Shown piece by piece: positions 36,835 to 46,731 of a stretch of DNA of 64,000 bases. Each line of letters opens with the position of its first letter. Position 1 is the first letter of the stretch. Source of the stretch: Salinispira sp. (lineage in GTDB: Bacteria > Spirochaetota > Spirochaetia > DSM-27196 > Salinispiraceae). Made by a program: the position numbers and the translations under genes. Below the pieces are notes generated by a model that did not search any database, was not told the DNA's origin, and saw nothing but the letters and a program-made list of their open reading frames with translations. The stretch is from positions 2,304,001 through 2,368,000 of the forward strand of contig OZ271918.1 in NCBI GenBank assembly GCA_965602015.1, written 5' to 3'.

Positions 36835-38295
36835 TCAAGGAGTCCGGGGCAGATCTATGACGCGGTGAAGATTGCGGGCATATCCCCGGGCGATGCTCAC
36901 AACAGCAAGGTAATTGATGAACAGCACATCGTCGATTTGCTGTTCCGCCACATATTGAATCAGGTTCCGGTCAAAATACCGCGGATCGATAATGTGTACC
37001 TCTTCAAAATGCGGCATGAGGAATGGAATAAATGCATTCCCATAGCTGTCCTTCACAACCGCAATCCGCCGGCCCCCGCCTACCGTGTTTTTTATGACGG
37101 CCAGGGGACGGTCGCTGCTAATAAATATTTCATACTTGTTGGGGCGGTCAGCGTAGAAATCATCGAGGATAGGTTTGTCCACCATCTCGCCGTATCGTTG
37201 CACCTGATACCTGTGCTCGACGAAGGGCACAAACAGCTCAACCACGTCAGGTTCCCGGGCCAGAGCCCGGTTGCCGGTGAGAAGGTACATTGAACCGAGA
37301 AAACCCGGAACCTCCCTCACAGAATACCGCGACAGGGGAACCGGTATGAATCGGGCTTTTATGGCAAACTCCCTATACGCCAGGTAAGCCCCGCGGGCAG
37401 TCCAGTGATGATCGGTGCGAAAATAGATTCCCTCGGCATTCCGGTTCGTCAGTGCAGGGAAAACATCGACGCTCTTGACCTGTCCTCCAACCCGGTTATG
37501 AATAAAATCGATGGCCGCCCGCTGATCAGCTCCGAGGGGGCCGCCATACAATTCCGGGTCGATCTGCTGGAGATGAGAGGGGGCGACAATCAGGTAACTG
37601 TCCACATCGTCACCAGTCAAAGCTGCAAACCGCGCGACGGCGTCAGCGTAGTATGCTGCCGACCCCTCGGAATATTTCACCACCTCAAAACCCCGATTCC
37701 CCAAAATGAGAATCGCATTCTCCGTTCGCACCTGTTCTCCGGGTTGTTCGGGCCGATGAACTTTGGGGCCGGGAATGAAGAGCGCCTTTAAGCCGTCGCC
37801 AGGAAGGAGAAATCCCGCCCTTCCGCGTATGCCCTGGGCTCCCAGGGACAGCATCCTTCCGTTCAGCGGCAGATTCTTTTGGTCGCCGGCCGCTAAACCT
37901 GAATCGGGGGGCGTGCCCGGATCGCCTAAAATAGATGCTTGCTCCGACAACACATTGTCCGCCTCGAACAGATTTCCCGACCGTACCCTTACCAGTCGCG
38001 GCCCGGTCTGAAACCCCCGCATCTCTTGGATTATGCGGTTGACTTGAAGGAAATGCCCGCGAAAAACAAAGCGGTCGGTCACCCAGGAGTCGAAGTCCTC
38101 CGCGAATTTTCCGGACATCATGCCCGGTTCATTGAAGCGGGGAAGCTCGGCGAGACGACGGTTTTCGTCGGCAGACAGGTCTTCCCGGTTATGCCATCTG
38201 AGATTAAGCGCGGATAGAGCGATAAAGAACAGGATCATGCCCAGGCTGTGAAATACCGCGCCGATTCTTTTGCGTCGTACTCGTTTCTCTCTCAT
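36835..38295 (-). CDS. DHHW-family (AlgX/AlgJ-like) O-acetyltransferase partner
   Basis: ENRRLA, YFRTDHHWT, KDSYGN, IIDPRYF. Confidence 0.88.
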   Translation of the reverse strand: MREKRVRRKRIGAVFHSLGMILFFIALSALNLRWHNREDLSADENRRLAELPRFNEPGMMSGKFAEDFDSWVTDRFVFRGHFLQVNRIIQEMRGFQTGPRLVRVRSGNLFEADNVLSEQASILGDPGTPPDSGLAAGDQKNLPLNGRMLSLGAQGIRGRAGFLLPGDGLKALFIPGPKVHRPEQPGEQVRTENAILILGNRGFEVVKYSEGSAAYYADAVARFAALTGDDVDSYLIVAPSHLQQIDPELYGGPLGADQRAAIDFIHNRVGGQVKSVDVFPALTNRNAEGIYFRTDHHWTARGAYLAYREFAIKARFIPVPLSRYSVREVPGFLGSMYLLTGNRALAREPDVVELFVPFVEHRYQVQRYGEMVDKPILDDFYADRPNKYEIFISSDRPLAVIKNTVGGGRRIAVVKDSYGNAFIPFLMPHFEEVHIIDPRYFDRNLIQYVAEQQIDDVLFINYLAVVSIARGYARNLHRVIDLPRTP

Positions 38296-38296
38296 A

Positions 38297-39739
38297 TCAA
38301 AACCTGAAATAGAGAAAGGGATTGTAACTCGACCCCAACAGCAATGCGGTGCATGTGAGTATCAACACCACATCTCCTGCTCTGGCAAAACCCCTGAGCA
38401 GTGGGAGCAGCGCCGGGGTTCGAACCATCCCCTTCCAGAAAACCGGAAACAGGGGCATGCTGGCCAGAACTGCCAGGATAAGCAGGTTTACATTTCCCCG
38501 CAAAGATAATACTAACTCGGCGGAAACCAGGGGATTGCCCGAACCGCCGAACATGATTCCAAGGGCAAGAGCTAAGCGACCCATGTCGGTGAAATAAAAG
38601 AGGGTCCACCCAATCAAGGTGACGACGATGAGATATACGTGTCCGCTGATTGCTGAGATGACTCCCCAGCCTGGAAACCCGCCTTCGATGCCAATGCCCG
38701 AACGGCGAATGAGAGCCGCTCCACCCCGTTCAATAGCTATAAGAAGCCCGTAGTACAGCCCCCATAACACAAAATTCCAGCTGGCCCCATGCCACAGCCC
38801 GGTAAAAAACCACACCGTCATGAGATTTCTCAGATACCTATGCCGGTTCCCTCCCATCGGGATGTACAGATAATCCTTGAAAAAGCTCCCCAAAGATATA
38901 TGCCAGCGGCGCCAGAAATCAGTAGCGCTGCGGGAGACATAGGGGTAACGGAAATTCTCCCGGTAGTGAAAGCCAAACATGCGCCCCAGGCCGATGGCCA
39001 TATCCGAATATCCCGAAAAATCAAAATAAATCTGGAAGGCAAACATCAGCATTCCCCACCAGATTCCCAGGACCGGCAACTCGCTCAGATTGGCATCAAG
39101 GAAGGCGGATGCCACGTCTCCGGCGGCGTTGGCGATCATCACCTTTTTTGCCAGACCGATGGCAAAACGGCTCATCCCGGAACTGAAGCTTCGAAAAGAT
39201 ATGCTGCGCTTCTCAATTTCCATTGCTATATCGCGGTAGCGGACTATGGGGCCCGCGACCAGCTGATGAAATAGCGAGACGAAAAGAAGAAATTTCCAGA
39301 AGGACCGCTGAGCCTTAACCTTTCCGCGGTACACATCGACGGTATAGCTGATAGTTTGGAAGGTGTAGAAGCTGATGCCTATTGGAAGGGAAAACCCCGG
39401 CCATCCTGCGGACAGCCCCGTAAGAGCATTAAAGCTGTTCACGAGCATTCCCGAATATTTAAAGACCCCGAGCAGCCCCAAATTTACTGCGAGGGAGCTG
39501 ACCACCATGGCCTTGGCGACCCAGCTTCCCCGGCGCATTTCAATCACCCTGCCGTGGATGTAATCAGCTATGGACGAAACCAGCAAGAGCACGGTCCACA
39601 ACGGCTCGCCCCATGCGTAAAAAAACAGACTTGAAAAAATCAGAACGGTATTTTTCCACCGCATCGATGGTATGGCGTAATACAGGATTATCGTCGCCGG
39701 GAGAAAAAAATACAGAAATGTGAGGCTGGAAAAAACCAT
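38297..39739 (-). CDS. MBOAT O-acyltransferase (AlgI/DltB-like)
   Basis: MVFSS, LPIGISFYTFQ, QIYFDFSGYSDMAIG, FWRRWHISL, GLWHGASWNF. Confidence 0.95.
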   Translation of the reverse strand: MVFSSLTFLYFFLPATIILYYAIPSMRWKNTVLIFSSLFFYAWGEPLWTVLLLVSSIADYIHGRVIEMRRGSWVAKAMVVSSLAVNLGLLGVFKYSGMLVNSFNALTGLSAGWPGFSLPIGISFYTFQTISYTVDVYRGKVKAQRSFWKFLLFVSLFHQLVAGPIVRYRDIAMEIEKRSISFRSFSSGMSRFAIGLAKKVMIANAAGDVASAFLDANLSELPVLGIWWGMLMFAFQIYFDFSGYSDMAIGLGRMFGFHYRENFRYPYVSRSATDFWRRWHISLGSFFKDYLYIPMGGNRHRYLRNLMTVWFFTGLWHGASWNFVLWGLYYGLLIAIERGGAALIRRSGIGIEGGFPGWGVISAISGHVYLIVVTLIGWTLFYFTDMGRLALALGIMFGGSGNPLVSAELVLSLRGNVNLLILAVLASMPLFPVFWKGMVRTPALLPLLRGFARAGDVVLILTCTALLLGSSYNPFLYFRF

Positions 39740-39885
39740 AGACCATCCCGAAACGGTACGACTCGACGCTAACTCTCCGTCGATGTGCGCGGAATTGTAA
39801 ACTAAAACCGATTCTCGGACAATCAGATCCGGTCTTCAGGCATCAGCGGAATTCCGGACCTTGTAGTATTAGCGGCGAAAAACCC

Positions 39886-39964
39886 TTGCACAGAATCAAA
39901 GTACGGAATACCATTTTCCTAACCACCCGCTAACGCGTTTTTAACAATCGTCGGGGATTATGGT
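39886..39964 (+). promoter_or_regulatory. Sigma70-like promoter plus candidate Pho box upstream of phnD
   Basis: TTGCAC-17-TACCAT (39886-39914); TAAC at 39920, 39931 and 39942 (11-bp period) followed by -10-like TATGGT at 39959. Confidence 0.5.
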
Positions 39965-40002
39965 ATTTCGTTTGGATGATCATGTTTAAGGAGGAACAAA
40001 AC

Positions 40003-40899
40003 ATGAAAAAAGGATTTATCGCAGCAATGATTCTGCTCGCGGCCGTTTCTGTCCTGGGTACAAGTTGTGCCAGGGAAGCTGAGCTCGGCACCGAGGACAA
40101 CCCCATTGTCTGGTCTTTCGTTCCCTCGGGCGAACTCCAGGAAGTAGCCGCCGGCGCCGATCAGATCGCCCGCCTCATCTTCGAAGAAACCGGTCTGTTC
40201 ATCACCACTAATGTGGCCACGGAATACGCCGGAGTAATCGAAGCCATGTCTGCCGATCCCCCGAGCGCGCACATGTCAGCACTGGCAACATTTGCATACA
40301 TTCAGGCCTCTGACCTGGGCGTTGCCGAAGCGGCCCTGGTTTCCGTTCGATTCGGTTCTCCCACCTACGCGGGTCAGATCATCGCCCGGGCCGATTCAGG
40401 AATCACCAGCATCGCAGACCTGGCCGGTAAGACCTTCGCCCGCCCCGACCCCCTGTCAACCTCCGGCTGGATCATTCCCATGCTGACACTTCAGGCCGAG
40501 GGAATCGACCCGATGAACGACATTGAAGTATTGGATGCCGGAAGCCATGACAGCGTCGTAACCGCAGTGTATAACGGCGACGTCGATGCAGGCGCCACCT
40601 ATGACGATGCCCGGGGAACCATCGCCGACGAGTATCCCGATGTCCGGGATCAGGTCGTGGTTATCGCCACATCCGCGCCTATTCCCAACGACGGGGTTCA
40701 GTTTTCCCCTGCTGTTCCTGCGGAAATGCGCGAGACAATTGTCGACGCCCTGCTGAAAATCAGCGAGACCGAAGAGGGCCAGGAAGCCCTAGATATCGCA
40801 TATAACTGGAGCGAGCTCATCCGTCGGGATGACAGCTTCTACGATCCCTTCCGCCAGACCCTTCAGCGGGCAGGGGTAAGCGTCAACGACATACAGTAA
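40003..40899 (+). CDS. phnD: Phosphate/phosphite/phosphonate ABC substrate-binding lipoprotein
   Basis: Lipobox GTSC; FVPS, EYAGVIEAM, STSGWIIP, GSHDSVV, PIPND. Confidence 0.88.
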   Translation: MKKGFIAAMILLAAVSVLGTSCAREAELGTEDNPIVWSFVPSGELQEVAAGADQIARLIFEETGLFITTNVATEYAGVIEAMSADPPSAHMSALATFAYIQASDLGVAEAALVSVRFGSPTYAGQIIARADSGITSIADLAGKTFARPDPLSTSGWIIPMLTLQAEGIDPMNDIEVLDAGSHDSVVTAVYNGDVDAGATYDDARGTIADEYPDVRDQVVVIATSAPIPNDGVQFSPAVPAEMRETIVDALLKISETEEGQEALDIAYNWSELIRRDDSFYDPFRQTLQRAGVSVNDIQ

Positions 40900-40916
40900 G
40901 AGCAGCACAACTTTTC

Positions 40917-40945
40917 AGCGGTCCGCTTATGCGGACCGCTTTTTT
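40917..40945 (+). terminator. Intra-operon terminator-like hairpin after phnD
   Basis: AGCGGTCCGC-TTAT-GCGGACCGCT followed by a T tract. Confidence 0.75.
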
Positions 40946-40987
40946 CATGTATACTGAGCATCTCATAAATCAAAAAAGGCGGGTTAT

Positions 40988-41767
40988 ATGCTGGAAATCA
41001 AGCATCTTTCTAAAACCTACGACGACGGAACAGAGGCGTTGAAGGACGTCAGTTTCACCGTTGAACGGGGTGAATTCCTGGTGGTCATCGGACTCTCGGG
41101 TTCGGGAAAATCCACCCTGCTTCGCTGCATAAACAGGTTGGTCGACCCAAGCGCGGGTCAGATCCTGCTGGAAGGACAAGACGTGGCGGTTGCGGAGGGC
41201 GTTGAGCTCCGGAAATTCCGACGGCGCATGGGAATGATTTTCCAGCACTTCAACCTGGTTAAGCGCTCTTCGGTTTTGACCAATGTATTGTCCGGAAGGC
41301 TGGGATACACCGCTCCCTGGAAAAGCCTCACCGGCCGTTTTTCCTCGACAGACCGCAAAAATGCCCTCTCCGCCCTCAAGCGCGTGGGCCTGGAAGTACA
41401 GACCCATAAACGGGCGGACGAGCTATCCGGCGGCCAGCAGCAGAGGGTCGGCATTGCCCGGGCTCTTATGCAGGATCCAGATTTGATTCTGGCCGACGAA
41501 CCGGTTGCGAGCCTTGACCCGGTCCTGGCCCATTCTATCATGGGATACCTTGAAACCCTTAACCGCCAGGAGGGAATGACGGTAATCTGTTCGCTCCACT
41601 ATCTGGATCTGGTGCAGCGCTATGCCACCAGGGTAATCGGTTTACGCGACGGCCGACTGGTCTACAATGGAACCGGGGCGGACATTCGGAAAATCACCGA
41701 CGAAGAGTTCAAGGAAATATACGGCGAGGAAGCCCAGCGGGTAGGCGCCGCCGGAGGTGTGGAATGA
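40988..41767 (+). CDS. phnC: Phosphonate-type ABC ATP-binding protein
   Basis: [41 protein letters not shown]. Confidence 0.93.
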   Translation: MLEIKHLSKTYDDGTEALKDVSFTVERGEFLVVIGLSGSGKSTLLRCINRLVDPSAGQILLEGQDVAVAEGVELRKFRRRMGMIFQHFNLVKRSSVLTNVLSGRLGYTAPWKSLTGRFSSTDRKNALSALKRVGLEVQTHKRADELSGGQQQRVGIARALMQDPDLILADEPVASLDPVLAHSIMGYLETLNRQEGMTVICSLHYLDLVQRYATRVIGLRDGRLVYNGTGADIRKITDEEFKEIYGEEAQRVGAAGGVE

Positions 41768-43290
41768 GAACATCGAAAATTGATACCACTGTGGTAGGCA
41801 GTCCCCTCCCCCCGGTGCTAACCGGAATCGCTTCGCTCATTATTCCCGGGCTTGGTCAGGTATTCAGCAATCAGGCCCGCCGGGGTCTGCTTATGCTGGC
41901 CTCCCTGGGCACCATGGTGGGAATCCTCATCACCCGCATCTACGCCATCGGGGTCGAGTATTTCGTCGACGGTTTTTGGCCCGCCGCCGCAAAGGCCCTG
42001 GAACGCTACACCGCCTTCTCAGTCGTCATGGTTTTATCCCTGGGTTTTTTATACCTCTGGATAGCGTATGATGCGTATCGGCTCGCGAAGGACAAAAAGA
42101 AGCAGAAAAACTTCGGTTTCTGGGTGGTGCTCCTGGGTTTTTTCACCCTGGGTTACCAGCTCTCGGAAATCAACCTGGTCCGCATGGTACAGAACTTTCC
42201 CGATGCTTCAAGGCGCATGGCCCGGGTAATGTGGCCCTGGGAAGCGGCGTTCGAGTACGATGAAGAGCGGGTGGAAGCCGACGCGTTAATCAGAGTAAGC
42301 GCCGAAGGCGAACTGCCCCCGGTTCCCCAGCGGGAAGACGGGGAGCCCTACATTAGCATCGAACCACGCTTCGGAACACTGGGCCAAGTGGACGAACAGT
42401 ACAATCAGGTACCGGGCACGGAGATTACCGTTACCGGCAGCGGATTTACCCCGAACACCTTCACGGAAATATACTGGGTCGACGACGCCGCGACGGAATT
42501 CCGTCCCCGGACAGACGGGAGCTACGTATCAGTTACCACCGACGCCGACGGAAATTTCCAGCTGACCATGGACCTGCCTTTCGATGACACCCCGAGCGGG
42601 AGAACCGGTACGATATACAACGAGGTAATCGCCCGTCAGAGTTTTGAGGTGGGCAATGCCCGGTTCTCAAACGAGTTGAATCTCATACTCGAACTGATGC
42701 TCGAGACCATTTTTATGGGAATGATGGCGACCATATTCGGAATCGTTTTTTCCATCCCTGTGAGCTTTCTGGCTGCCCGGAACATCATGGGAGGAACCAA
42801 ACTCGGACTGGCGGTTTACTATCTCACCAGAACAATATTGAATATTATCCGGTCAATTGAACCTCTCATTTGGGCGGTTATCGCCGTTGTCTGGGTCGGA
42901 ATCGGCACCCCGTTCGCGGGTATAATCGCGCTGACGATTCACTCCATAGCCGCCCTCGGCAAGCTCTATTCAGAGGCAATCGAGAGCATCGATCACGGAC
43001 CGATAGAGGCGATACAGGCAACCGGTGCCAATCAGCTCCAGACGATAATGTTCGCCATAATTCCCCAAATGATCAGCCCGTTTGTATCGTTCTCGATATA
43101 CCGATGGGATATTAACGTCCGCATGTCCACCATCATCGGTATGGTCGGCGGCGGGGGCGTAGGATTCATCGTCGTGCAGTTTATACGCCTGGGTCTCTAC
43201 CAGGAGGCGGGAATCGCCGTCTGGTTCATCGCGATGACCGTTGCCCTGCTCGATTATGTCTCGGCCGAAATTAGAAATAGATTTGTGTAG
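41764..43290 (+). CDS. phnE: Phosphonate-type ABC permease, elongated
   Basis: C-terminal IRSIEPLIWA, LGKLYSEAIESID, YRWDINVRMS; extra N-terminal helices and a soluble insert. Confidence 0.88.
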   Translation: MRTSKIDTTVVGSPLPPVLTGIASLIIPGLGQVFSNQARRGLLMLASLGTMVGILITRIYAIGVEYFVDGFWPAAAKALERYTAFSVVMVLSLGFLYLWIAYDAYRLAKDKKKQKNFGFWVVLLGFFTLGYQLSEINLVRMVQNFPDASRRMARVMWPWEAAFEYDEERVEADALIRVSAEGELPPVPQREDGEPYISIEPRFGTLGQVDEQYNQVPGTEITVTGSGFTPNTFTEIYWVDDAATEFRPRTDGSYVSVTTDADGNFQLTMDLPFDDTPSGRTGTIYNEVIARQSFEVGNARFSNELNLILELMLETIFMGMMATIFGIVFSIPVSFLAARNIMGGTKLGLAVYYLTRTILNIIRSIEPLIWAVIAVVWVGIGTPFAGIIALTIHSIAALGKLYSEAIESIDHGPIEAIQATGANQLQTIMFAIIPQMISPFVSFSIYRWDINVRMSTIIGMVGGGGVGFIVVQFIRLGLYQEAGIAVWFIAMTVALLDYVSAEIRNRFV

Positions 43291-43293
43291 GCA

Positions 43294-44283
43294 ATGTTGA
43301 TGTATGTCCCCGCGCTCGTCGCGGGGCTTGTACTTCTCCTTTGGTCCGCGGACCGTTTCGTCGAAGGATCTTCCAGGGCCGCTGAGTACGCCGGCGTTCC
43401 TGCGGTTCTCATCGGCATGATCATTGTCGGTTTTGGAACCTCGGTGCCCGAACTGCTTGTGTCGGCCCTGGCTGCCGCCGAGGGAAACAGCGGCATCGCA
43501 TTGGGAAATGTTCTGGGTTCGAATATCGCCAATATCGCACTGATCATCGGCGTCAGCGCGGTTGTGGCTCCTATGGCGGTTCATTCTTCGGTGATCAAAC
43601 GGGAGTTGCCGATGCTGGCCGCCGTCACAGTTATCGGATCTGTTCTTCTTCTCGATCGACAGCTTGGAAGGCTCGATGCGCTGCTTATGCTGGCGGTTTT
43701 CGCTGCTGTACTGTGGTGGAGTATAAAAACCGGAAATGCAAACCGGGAAGACGGACTCGCAGTAGAGATTCGCGCCGAGGCCTCGGGAGGCGCGATGTCG
43801 CCAAAATCCGCAATACTCTGGATAATAATCGGGCTGCTAATACTCCTGTTGAGTTCCAGACTGCTCATCTGGTCCGCCACCGGATTAGCCAGAATCTTCG
43901 GGGTAAGCGAGACCATAATCGGACTCACCATCATAGCCGTGGGAACGTCGCTACCCGAGCTGGCTTCCTCGGTGTTGGCTGCCCGCCGAGGCCGCCATGA
44001 ACTGGCCCTGGGCAACGTCATCGGCTCAAATATCTTTAATCTCATGATGGTGACGGGCCTCGCTGGTATTATCCGTCCGCTCAAAATCGAGCCCCTTGTC
44101 CTCAACAGGGATGTTCCTTCAATGGCCTTTGTGACGGTGTTGCTGTTTCTCTTTGCATTCGGTTTTCGAGGACGTCCTGGAAGGATTAACAGAGTCGAAG
44201 GCCTGGTATTGATTATGACCTACATTTTGTACAGCTTTCTGGTTTTTTTGCTTACAGCTGATTTTAATGCCATGACAATATAA
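43294..44283 (+). CDS. Calcium/sodium antiporter (YrbG family)
   Basis: GTSVPE/GTSLPE and GNVLGSNIAN/GNVIGSNIFN repeats. Confidence 0.93.
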   Translation: MLMYVPALVAGLVLLLWSADRFVEGSSRAAEYAGVPAVLIGMIIVGFGTSVPELLVSALAAAEGNSGIALGNVLGSNIANIALIIGVSAVVAPMAVHSSVIKRELPMLAAVTVIGSVLLLDRQLGRLDALLMLAVFAAVLWWSIKTGNANREDGLAVEIRAEASGGAMSPKSAILWIIIGLLILLLSSRLLIWSATGLARIFGVSETIIGLTIIAVGTSLPELASSVLAARRGRHELALGNVIGSNIFNLMMVTGLAGIIRPLKIEPLVLNRDVPSMAFVTVLLFLFAFGFRGRPGRINRVEGLVLIMTYILYSFLVFLLTADFNAMTI

Positions 44284-44299
44284 ACCCCTTCCAGCCGGC

Positions 44300-46549
44300 T
44301 CAGCGCTCCTCAACCAGGGAGACCAGGTGCATAATTGACTTCCTGTTGTCCGACTGGGCATTTTGAACCGATTGTATAGCCTCGTTGAGCGAACGGATGC
44401 GGGAAATCATCTCCGCGACGTCCTTGTGGCTGTGGCGGCTTACCTCTTCGAGATCGCTCATCGCCGCGGTGCTCTGACTCCGTTCTTTTTCAAGCACCGC
44501 GCTTTCTTCCCTCAGCTCACGGCTGACCTGCCCCATTCTCTCGATCTGTTGGCGGATCTCACTGCCCTTGGACAACTGGGCCTGCAACAACTGCCTGACT
44601 GCGTCTATTGTGCCTGAGAAACCGGAAACCGCACCCCTGATCCGCTCAAAACCTCCGAGGACTTGGCGGTTGGTGTCAACCGCTGCCTGTATGCCCGATG
44701 AAATGGCGGTCAGTTCCTCGCCGGTTATGGCTGACTGTTCGGCGGTTTCCTCCGCGAGCTTTCTGATTTCTTCGGCAACAACGGCGAATCCCCTGCCGGT
44801 ATCACCGGCGTGGGCGGCTTCGATAGCGGCGTTCATCGAGAGCAGATTGGTCTGGCTTGAAATGTTGGAAATCAACTCATTAGTTTCGAGCAGCTGTTCA
44901 GATCTGGCGCTGATATCCCGGACATGTTCGCTCATGCTTTCTATCTGGTCCAGACCGCTGGTACTGGTCTCATCGAGTTCGGAAAACGATTTCTCCAGGC
45001 TGCTGAACTGGCTGCTCAGGCTCTGCAGGTCGGCGATCATGTCGCTTACCGAATCGATCGAGCTCTCGGCGTCCCGGGTCTGAGCATTGATGGTTTCCTT
45101 CACTGAGGCAAAGTAGCCGCTCAAGTGTCCGTTGATCTCCTGAGCTGTCGACAGGCTCCCGTCCTGCCGGACAAGTCCCTCATCCACCCCGTTCATCCGG
45201 TTTTGCAAATCCGATAGCGCCTGTTCGGCCTGGGAGAGACTTTGGCTGAGCAGCGCGTTGGATTCGCTTACCGAGGCGCCGGCCTTGCGGATTTCCACAA
45301 AGAGGGACTCAAGCTTTCCGGTGGACTGATTCAGTTCTTCGCTGCGGCGAACGCTTTCCTGTCGTTCACGGGTGAAGCGTTTTGCCAAGTAAACCGATTG
45401 ACTCACGAAAAACATCAACAGACCGCCGCTGAGAATTGAGCCGGTCTGGAGTATCAGGAGGGCGTTGAGCATGTCGTTTACGAAGGCAACCAGAAGGGAC
45501 AACACGGCGATGAACACAAAACGACCCCCGTTCCGCCGGCGTATCATGACCAGCGCGGCGATAACTACCACATACAGAACCTGGATAACCAGCAGGCCCT
45601 GCTGAGCGCTGACCAGGGAGGTGAAAATCCTGACCGGAGCAAACAGTATCAGCAGTCCGTACACCGCCTCGATGGCCAAAAAGATCAGATATAACCAGGT
45701 CCTAACCTCATTGGGATACAGGGAACGGAGAAAGGCGATCATCGCCACTCCGATGAATGCGAAGGTCAAATATTCAATCCGAATAACAACGAACCAGGAC
45801 AGAAAAGGCAGCAATTCCTGGAGGAAAATATGTTCGGTGCTCAGAACGCGGAATGCGGCGAGAGCCGTAAAAATAAAAAAGTACAGAAGACTCTTTTCAG
45901 CGGGCTGGTAGGCCCACAATGCCAGATGATAGAGGGCCATCGCCACGGCTATCCCGACAAAAATCCCTTCGATGAGACGCTGGCGGTTCCACTGGTCGGA
46001 AAGGAGCTGGAACTCTCCGATACTCACCGAGCTTTGAAGTCCCGAACTGTTCTGATGGAAATTACTGATCTGGATTATCAGATCGATACTGCCCTCATGG
46101 GCAGGAAGCGGTATGAGGCTGTGATCGTATTGGGGAACAGTGGAAGCCCGGTCAGTGCCGACCCGGCCTACTTCGCGGATTACCTGTCCATTGGCCAGAA
46201 CCCGGTACGCGTTATTCGGTCTGCGCAACAGGAGACCCAGGTTGGCGGCCCGGGAGTCGAGAAGAATACGCATCCCGTAGCTGGCAAAGCCTGAGCCGTC
46301 GATGGTTTGTCCGCCGACTTGCTGCCCTTCCCAGGCGGCGGGTGCGTCGATCACATCCCCGGAAAAATCCCGAATATCGTCGACGTGTTCCCGCCAGGCG
46401 AATAGCCACTGTCCCGAGAGCTCTTGGGAGAACCCCGGTTCCCCGGAGGCGCTGCGAAAATCTGCTGTACCGGAACGGATGCTTTGGGCTCCCGCTGCCG
46501 CAGCAGTGAACAGCATCAGGGCGATTATGGTGATCTTGCGAATGTACAT
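44300..46549 (-). CDS. Methyl-accepting chemotaxis protein with 7TM-DISM-type sensor
   Basis: LSGQWLF/GFASY/QISNFH extracellular region, about 7 helices, [35 protein letters not shown]. Confidence 0.92.
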   Translation of the reverse strand: MYIRKITIIALMLFTAAAAGAQSIRSGTADFRSASGEPGFSQELSGQWLFAWREHVDDIRDFSGDVIDAPAAWEGQQVGGQTIDGSGFASYGMRILLDSRAANLGLLLRRPNNAYRVLANGQVIREVGRVGTDRASTVPQYDHSLIPLPAHEGSIDLIIQISNFHQNSSGLQSSVSIGEFQLLSDQWNRQRLIEGIFVGIAVAMALYHLALWAYQPAEKSLLYFFIFTALAAFRVLSTEHIFLQELLPFLSWFVVIRIEYLTFAFIGVAMIAFLRSLYPNEVRTWLYLIFLAIEAVYGLLILFAPVRIFTSLVSAQQGLLVIQVLYVVVIAALVMIRRRNGGRFVFIAVLSLLVAFVNDMLNALLILQTGSILSGGLLMFFVSQSVYLAKRFTRERQESVRRSEELNQSTGKLESLFVEIRKAGASVSESNALLSQSLSQAEQALSDLQNRMNGVDEGLVRQDGSLSTAQEINGHLSGYFASVKETINAQTRDAESSIDSVSDMIADLQSLSSQFSSLEKSFSELDETSTSGLDQIESMSEHVRDISARSEQLLETNELISNISSQTNLLSMNAAIEAAHAGDTGRGFAVVAEEIRKLAEETAEQSAITGEELTAISSGIQAAVDTNRQVLGGFERIRGAVSGFSGTIDAVRQLLQAQLSKGSEIRQQIERMGQVSRELREESAVLEKERSQSTAAMSDLEEVSRHSHKDVAEMISRIRSLNEAIQSVQNAQSDNRKSIMHLVSLVEER

Positions 46550-46599
46550 TTATTCAGTATTATCGCAATTACCTGCGCTGTAAATGCCGTCCGGTCAAA

Positions 46600-46690
46600 G
46601 ATTGTCGGTTGTCGGAGTTTGGTTGTCGGACGTCGGAGGCCGGGCGTAGGAGGCCGGACGTCGGAGACTGGGCGTCGAACCGTGAACGCA
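46600..46690. repeat. Degenerate heptamer tandem array
   Basis: gattgtc ggttgtc ggagttt ggttgtc ggacgtc ggaggcc gggcgta ggaggcc ggacgtc ggagact gggcgtc gaaccgt gaacgca. Confidence 0.8.
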
Positions 46691-46731
46691 ATAGACGGCC
46701 GCAACCCGAGGCAGCGGCCGTCCCACAGTTT

